64,000 bases of DNA, taken from NCBI RefSeq assembly GCF_009914755.1, contig NC_060925.1; one strand, 5' to 3'. How positions within the stretch are numbered: the stretch's first letter is position 1; the number at the start of each line of letters is the position of its first letter. Shown here one piece after another: positions 56,740 through 64,000 of the stretch. The stretch is from the human T2T-CHM13v2.0 reference genome, Homo sapiens. A program made the translations under genes and the position numbers. The notes beneath the pieces are model-generated. The model saw only the letters and a list, made by a program, of their open reading frames with translations, was not told where the DNA came from and did no database searches.

Positions 56740-59700
56740 TCTATATAATCTTTTGTATATATGCTATACTTTATAATAAGACATATTTTTAAGAAGAAAG
56801 ACCATATACCATTCGAGGTAATAAGCAAAAGAGCAAATTTCAAAGGTGCATGCAATCTAAAATCATAACTGTATTTTAAAATCATGTACATGAGAAAAAA
56901 GATTAGAGGGAAACACACTACAGTGTTAATAGTGTTGAGATTGTGGGTAATATTTTTCCCTTGTCTGTTTCCCAAATTTTCATAATGACAAAAAAATTAT
57001 AGTAAAACTTTCCCCAAAGAAATCTTTAAAACTATGAATCTTTTATCTTCAAATCACTTTCACATCTACTATCTCATTTGATTCTTACAACAACCTAGGG
57101 GGAGTCAATGCTAAGTGGTTACGTTTTATAGACTGGGAAACTGAGACATCGTGTTTATGACTTGTATACTCACTCAGTTGACTGGAGGTAAACCTGTGGA
57201 TGAATCCCCGGTCTCCTGAGTCCTGCTAATCTACTGACTTCCAGGACTTCATCTTGGATTCTGGGGTCTCTGGATTCAATCTCTCAAATGGGAATATCTG
57301 CTACCTGGGTTTTGGCCCTGTAGACCAAGGTAGATGTCTATGGTTGTTGATGATGGGCTACACACAAGAAGTCACCAGAGATGTAATCCATGCCTGGGGT
57401 GTTCTGCCACATCCCTCTCTCACAAGGCACCTAGTCCATGGGGGTGAAAATTCTTGGAAGTATTGGAGGTGGGAGAAGGACAGGCTGTGTTTAAGTTGGA
57501 CAACATTTCTTAACTCTAGTTTTTGGAGGGGAAGAAAGGTTGCAGAAATGGGTCTGTCCTTGTTCTATTCAGTGCCTTACCTATGATGTCTTCTCTCTCC
57601 CCATCTCTCTTAGGGAAAGTTGCCAGAAGCTCATAGGGTGGCTTTGGCAGAGGGTCCCCATTCAGGACCGTCAGAGCTCAGCCCAAGGCTCCTCACTTCA
57701 GAAAAGTTGGGAGCCTTAGAAACGGGGAGTGCCTTGCTCAAGAATACCAAAGACAGAACCAGACCCCAAACCCAAATCCCCTGCTCCTAGCCCAGGATAC
57801 TTGGCAGGGCCATCCAGCATTGAGGAGAGCCCCAGGTGTGTGGTGGAGTTGCTGTGATGGGGAACGAGGATGGCTTTCATCAGTGTCTGCCTGGGCTCTC
57901 ACTCCCGCCCCCTCTTGATTGTCATTCCTGGAGATCGCTTGACTTCATCCACTATTTTCCACTGACAAGTGATACTGAATGAGTTCCTGGAGAGATTCAA
58001 GGGTACCTCAGAAAGCTTCTCTTGATTCATAATTAATTAATGATACCACTACTGAGGGCTGACTGGGTGCCACATCCTCAGAGAAATGTCACAACAATCT
58101 TATGCATTAGGTGCTATTGTTAGTGCCATTTTTCATTTGAGGAAATAACTTACTTAAGGTGACACAGCATCTAAGTGCTGAATCCAGAATCCAAGTGCCT
58201 TCCACACTTTGGTGCCTACTGTGTGATGCTGCCCCTGTTTCCTGACAATGCCAATTTTGGACACTATTAAACTAGCAATCCCCACATTCAAACTGACTTT
58301 GTAGAAAGAGTGAGCTTCGGAAACAGAATAAAGTATAAGAAAATGGACTCCACTCCCGTTCCAAAGCGAAGAAGTAGGTTGAGCCAGGCAGACAGAGCTG
58401 CTAGTACTCTGCCGCTTCTCTGGCAGATCTTATCTTGTGTTTCTAGCATTCTGGGCACGAATACAGTCTTAGGGTTTAGAGAACAGAGTAATGGGGCAGA
58501 GGAATGTGGGAAGGGACTGTGCACTGAACTAAGAAACTGCTAGAACCTTTAAATATCTCAAACTTTTTTGTTTTTTCTTTTGCGTTTGGCTCCCTGCAAT
58601 GTTTTTCTGTTTAGATTTGGTTGCCACGAGTGGGCTGTTTTTAGTTGCCTAGTTCCTTCCCCTCCCCTTTTAATTTTTTCCCTTCCTTTTGCACATGTCC
58701 CAGCATGAAGTCTCCAACTCTTATCTCACTCAGCAAAACATACCAAGGCTGATCTGAATGTGGATTCCCCAGGCAATTCACCATCATAAAACCTCAGCAA
58801 TCTTCAAGTCTCTGCTTAACCCTCTTTCATTGAGGATTAACCCCTGAAATCACCCTAGCCAGGGCTTCCTTCTAAGGCGAGACAGCCATTCTTTTGTTTG
58901 CATGGAGAAGAGTTTTGGTGTGGAAAGCTTTTCTGTCCCCTCCACTTCATGGCACTGCCTGTGTGTGTGCTGAGAGTGTGCACACTGGACATTGGTGGCA
59001 TTAACTGAAGTCAGGGTAAAATAAGGATGCAAAGGACTCAGATGTTGATCACTCTCCTGTGGCAAAGACCTCAGGGGCTCTGCCTTGCTCTGTTCTTTTC
59101 CAGTCTCTCAATTCAGCAGGCATTTCACGGTTCTCCTGGGGGCTGAGGGGAGGGAGGCAGGCAGGAGTAGTTTTCGTTTTCCCTGGGTAAGAGTTTCATT
59201 CAAGTGGGAGTGGACTTAGTTCTCTGTCAAGATTCTTATCACTTTTCGGGTTTAGAATATCAGGATCAGACTTCCGTGAACAGCTGACAGCATTTCTATC
59301 CAACTTGGAGATTCCAAACTAAGAGTAATTAGAATGAAGCAAGATTGATAAAAAGAACTGGAGGCACAATGGTAATAAGAATAACCCGACCGGGGTGTTG
59401 GGGGCTTCTCCCCCCACCCCAATTATCCTTCCCTTGCATTGTTTTGTGGAGGACGGTCTGGCTGTTTGTTTACTTGACGCCCTAAGTTGAATTTCCCCTT
59501 AAGGACAGGAGCAGATCTCCACAGATCTGGCTTGGGTGTTTTAATGGAATCATAGTTCAACCTGTAAACTGGTCAAAATTTCTGTTTCACAGCAGAAAGA
59601 GTAAAAAGCTTCACGTGTTCTCCCTCCTCTCCTTGCTTCACTTTATAATGGTGCTATTTATTCCAGAACAATCTATAAGTAGATAAAATAGCTAAGTAGA

Positions 59701-61319
59701 GATAACAAATAACTTCATTCAAATGCAAACACTCCTCCACCTAATCCCGCCCGGTGTCCGCCGGGCTGCTCCGACACGCCCGGGGTTTACCTGCGCGCAC
59801 TCCAGCGGGAGGGCGGGTTGTGGAGGTGTGCTGAGCGGCGCGCGGGGGTGAGGGCGTGGAAGCGGAGGGTGGGGCCCGGAGAGCCGTTACCAGGGCGAAA
59901 AGTAAAGCGAAAACACCCGCCCTGCACTTCCCGCGCGACGCCGCTGGAAATCGGTTCAGGTCCAGAGCAGGATCTCGGAGGATCCCGCGTGGAACCCCAG
60001 GGCTCCCGGGTCCGCCGGGGCGCAAAGACTTCCGAGGCCGCCCTCCGCGTGTTCCCAGGCCCGTGGAGAGGTGGGTGGTCTGAGTGAGGTCGGGCTTGGC
60101 GGCGAGGAACCCCGGTGGGGGGAACTGGGGACTTCAAGTGAGACCCAGGCTCCAGACACCTCTAGTTTCTACCCCAAATTACCAAACTGTGACCTTCGGC
60201 CGCCTCTCTCCCAGAGGCAGGTGGAAAGGAGCAGGTGTTTCTGCCCTTCACCGTGCCCCCACACCCTGCGGCCGCGCAGGTCTCCCTCCCAGGCAGGTGC
60301 GAAAGTCCCAGGCCACACTTGTGTCTACAAATAGTCATCCACGGGCAGTCAAGAAGGTTCCTTGGTTCTGCCGCTCTCTGAGCAGAAATTGTTGGGGTCG
60401 GGGAATAAGAACCAGGAAATCGTTTTTAAGGTTCAAACCCAGTTCTGCTGAGGTCTCAGCTCGAATCTCGGACCACGGGGCCCCGCCTTTCCCGCCACCC
60501 TGGCTTGAGGGCAGAGGGGATTTCTGCTGCGGGTTCCGCCTGTGGTCAGTGCGTCCCCATTCCGGGCCGTCCGGTCCCAGTCCAATCGGCTCTGGGAGCA
60601 GAAGAACACGTGAAAGCTGAACATGGGTTTTCCCTAAATATTGCCTGAGAGCGGGGCGACCCCCAGGCCTGGGCAGGTTCGCGGACCCCAAAGCACCTTC
60701 TCTTTCCCCCTCCTCCTGGCCGCTGGCTTCCGCCCCCTCCTACCCTCCCACCGGGTTGCCTCTGATTCCTCCTGGACTCCGATCTTTTCACGCTCTTGTT
60801 GGTTTCACTGACATGTTCTTGTCAATTTCAAACGCTTTGTGATTGTAAAAAAAAAAAAATCGAACCGATACGGTCCTACCACTCGCCCTAGTTTCGGAGC
60901 CCGGAGCTGTCCTGCGTGTGCGTCCATGTGGAGTGTCCGGGGCTGCGGGCTCGGGCGCACGGTGCCAGCCGAGGGCTGCCCTCCGCTTTTGTGTTAACCG
61001 GCGGGCTTCTCGCGGTCCCCGCCGCAGAGGTCACACCCGGCGGGTAACGGCGTGGATACACCGAAGGGTGACTTTGGACACCTTCCCCACACCACAGACT
61101 AACGCTTCTGCCCCTACTCCGCCCCTGCTAGAGAAGTAGGAGGCCAGTGGGGGAGGGGGTATTTTCCTGAAGCTCCAGAAAATGACCACGCATTTTAGAG
61201 AAAGGTCGTGCCCGCTTCCCAGCCTCACCTAGTCTGGGCTGGGGCCGGGACCCGCCTCCCCACCTTCCCCGCCCCCCCCGCTCTTCAACCTAGCGGAGGG
61301 ACAGATGCCAGCGCGGTGG

Positions 61320-61433
61320 AGTCATGCCGCTGGCTTGGGCACCATTGGTCATGCCTGGAACACGCAGCAGCGAGTACGCACATCTGGCGGCTATCCCGGG
61401 CGGCTCCGGTCCTGATATGGAGAGAGAGGGCGG
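61320..61433 (+). promoter_or_regulatory. Proximal p53 half-sites (AGTCATGCCG 61320-61329, GGTCATGCCT 61347-61356), CArG-like CCTGATATGG (61411-61420), GC box (61428-61433)
   Basis: Near matches to RRRCWWGYYY and CC(A/T)6GG. Position (about -380 to -345) agrees with recalled p53-responsive ATF3 promoter sites. Confidence 0.7.
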
Positions 61434-61589
61434 GCTGGTGTGTGTCTCAGTGAGCGAGGCTGGGGGAACGCGCCTGGGCTGGCTCCTCCCCGAACTTGCA
61501 TCACCAGTGCCCCCTCTCTCCACCCGCCTTCGGCCCCGCCTTGGCCCCTCCTCCACCCCCCTTCCTCCGCTCCGTTCGGCCGGTTCTCC

Positions 61590-61700
61590 CGGGAAGCTAT
61601 TAATAGCATTACGTCAGCCTGGGACTGGCAACACGGAGTAAACGACCGCGCCGCCAGCCTGAGGGCTATAAAAGGGGTGATGCAACGCTCTCCAAGCCAC
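61590..61700 (+). promoter_or_regulatory. ATF3: ATF3 P2 core promoter: MEF2 CTATTAATAG (61597-61606), ATF/CRE TTACGTCA (61609-61616), TATAAAA (61667-61673), C/EBP-ATF (CARE/AARE) TGATGCAAC (61678-61686)
   Basis: Motifs read directly. With +1 at 61701, the CRE is at -92..-85 and the CARE starts at -23, matching the ATF3 promoter architecture as I recall it. Confidence 0.93.
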
Positions 61701-61868
61701 AGTCGCACGCAGCCAGGCGCGCACTGCACAGCTCTCTTCTCTCGCCGCCGCCCGAGCGCACCCTTCAGCCCGCGCGCCGGCCGTGAGTCCTCGGTGCTCG
61801 CCCGCCGGCCAGACAAACAGCCCGCCCGACCCCGTCCCGACCCTGGCCGCCCCGAGCGGAGCCTGGAG
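61701..61868 (+). other. ATF3: ATF3 P2 first exon (non-coding 5'UTR); donor GAG|GTGAGC at 61868/61869
   Basis: Inr-like CAC|AGTC 34 nt after the start of the TATA box; GC-rich, no ATG; consensus donor. Confidence 0.92.
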
Positions 61869-63789
61869 GTGAGCGCTGGAAGCCGAGGGAGTGAGCGCGA
61901 CGAGGGCTGCTCGCCTTCATTCCCTTCGCGCCCCTCTAAGTAACCAGTCCGCCGACCCCTGACCCACCCCGGATCCGCGCCCCCAGCCTCCGGCTTGGAA
62001 ATAACTCTGGCTTAAACTTCTTCTAAGCCACCGCTGCTCCTCGGCGCTTCGAAAAGTTTCCCGCAAAGCGAAAGAACTAACTTTCTCTTTTGACTTGGGG
62101 CGCGAAAGGTTCCTGGTGACGGAGGTCGGGCGTCCACTCTGCCGCCAGCCTCGAGCGCCGCTTCTCTCCGCCGACGGCGCTGGCTTGCCCGGCTGGGAGA
62201 GGGCGTAAGGTGGGTGGGCGGGTGCGTTGGGGTGTCCGAGGCTGCCTCGCTCGCCGTCCCGCTCCATCCCTCGCTTCGAGACACGGCACTGTGGGAGCCG
62301 ATCCTTCCCGGGTGGGGGGGGGGGGCGCAGAGAGGCACGAAGGCCGGAGGCTTGCGGGAGGGCTGCCCCACGCGCCGAGAGGAATGAATGGGGAAGGGGC
62401 GAGAGGGCGGGAGGCGTCCCGGGCGCGGCCGCTGGGGGTCGCCCTGGGTACCCCGCAGCACTGGCGGCAGGACCGTGAAGGCAACCCCGAGAAAAAGTTA
62501 GCTGGGATAAGCTTGGAAGTGGCGAGCGCTGGTGTCGCGCTGTCCCGGGGCGGAAGACGGGGAGGGCTCCCGGCAACGGCTGGTGTCCGGACCCCGAGCC
62601 CGGGACTCCCACACACCTGGGACTCTCACTCTGGCTTTTCCTTCGGCGGGTCCGCGGGAGACCCACCGTGGCGGGGAAGCGAGGGTGTGGAGCCACTTGT
62701 GCAGATATTTGAGAGAATGGCTTTGTGGTCTAGTGCCAGGACTCTGAGCGCTTACACTGCAATCGATGTCGTTGGGCCTCAGTATGCGGAGCCGGGAAAT
62801 AAGGGCACATGGGCAGTACCGGCCCCCTCTGCGTGTTGGAGGGCACAATGCAGTGGTTGGACCAGATAACTACTAAGGTCCTTTCTGTCTGGAGATTTTC
62901 AGATTTTGGAGTGGTGTAGTGGGGAGAAAAGGAGCCAGTGAGGGGACTTGAATGGGGTGGGTCTCTATCTAATGTCATTCACCAGTGTCCAGACAGTGGG
63001 GGAAAGGGGACTTTTCTGCAGGGCATCTTTTCCCTCACCAGCTTTCTTTCCACTGGATTCGTTCTCCTTCTCTGCTCCCCCCACTCCCATTTTCATTTCT
63101 CATCTACTTCCTTTCCTCCTAAACATTTTCTTTTCCCTAATTTCATTGCATAGGTCACATATGCTTTCTTACAAATAAAATAGTTACTAAATCCTTGATG
63201 AACCCAGAAAGAAAAGGAGAGCCAGAAAATCTGGATGTTCTCTCAGTGTACCCCTTTCGTTGTAGGTGACAGTCATATCTTCTGTTCGAAGTTTCTGTCT
63301 CTGTAACTTAAAGTGAAGGCAAAAAATTGGTATTACTGTCCCCATTGTTTTGCAGTTAGCATTGGTTGTAGAATAATGCTACAACATACAGGCTCCTGCT
63401 TTGAGGATATCCTGGGCAAAGATGGGATGGGGTGAGGATTGCAGTTACTGTCGGAATGGTTTCAGAGACAGCAAAGAAGGCAGCACCCCACGCCCGCAGT
63501 GGGGATAAGATACAGCACCCAGCATCTGTGGCAGTGATGGGAGCCTTCTTTTTCTCTCTCTCTTCCTCCTTGCCCTTTAGCCATTATAGAATTCCTTTTT
63601 CTCCATGGCCGTTTTCTTCGATAGCCCCTCCCTATCTCAGTCCTGTCAAAGTCTCCTCTGTGATTGGTACCAGGTGCCAGGACTCTTGACCCCTTATCTA
63701 CCTGGCTAATGGCTCTGTTCTCTGGTTGCCTTGTTGGTTGATCCCTTGAGGCGGTCGATACCTATTGGTGATGGAGCAAAATGAGCAGT

Positions 63790-63955
63790 CGGTGGGTGTT
63801 CAGCAGCTTGGCATGGGCTGGGCCACTCACCAGCTTTATGACCTCAGGCAAGTCATTTTTACCTCCCTGGACCAATGTACTCATTATGAAATGAGAATCT
63901 GACCTAGATGATTCTAATATTGAGAGGGTGTGATTTCCATTAGATAGAGTCCATG
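63790..63955 (+). mobile_element. MIR
   Basis: GACCTCAGGCAAGTCATTTTACCTCCCTGG core. Confidence 0.6.
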
Positions 63956-64000
63956 ATTCCTTCCTTTTTAAAATTGGCTGGGCATGGGACAGGGCCAGTG

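Larger units (their letters stand above)
59740..62800. promoter_or_regulatory. CpG island spanning the P2 promoter, exon and proximal intron
   Basis: Visibly high GC and CpG density; E-box CACGTG 60607-60612, CCAAT 60582-60586. Confidence 0.9.

Noticed and set aside
60582-60612. CCAAT plus CACG as an ERSE
   Set aside because: Spacing is 20 nt, not the required CCAAT-N9-CCACG
59741-62869. Long overlapping ORFs in the CpG island (up to 259 aa, 61917-62696 minus)
   Set aside because: Pro/Arg/Gly-rich, present in several frames on both strands, no recognisable domain; expected from stop-codon scarcity at high GC

Overview
Human (primate) genomic DNA, recognisable as the 5' regulatory region of ATF3 (chr1q32.3) on the + strand. 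No intact protein-coding sequence lies in the window: the ATF3 start codon is in exon 2, which from recall lies beyond base 64000. The window contains: the distal P1 promoter and first exon (~18.2-18.42 kb); the ~43 kb interval to the canonical P2 promoter (MEF2, CRE TTACGTCA, TATA, C/EBP-ATF TGATGCAAC, exon 61701-61868) in a CpG island; a separate motif-dense CpG island at ~11.2-12.1 kb; several candidate stress enhancers; a degenerate ERV1-class provirus remnant with readable env motifs; a 3'UTR-only HNRNPH1 retrocopy; and many Alu, L1, MIR, MLT, Tigger and MADE1 repeats. Almost all ORFs in the track are Alu-derived or GC-rich shadows. I see no evidence for a novel multi-gene system. The best leads are an ATF4-like start-stop plus overlapping uORF arrangement in the P1 5'UTR, the upstream CpG island that repeats the P2 motif set, and the sense-oriented retrocopy carrying a poly(A) signal. 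Gene and repeat names come from my recall of the sequences, not from a database search, and repeat boundaries are approximate.
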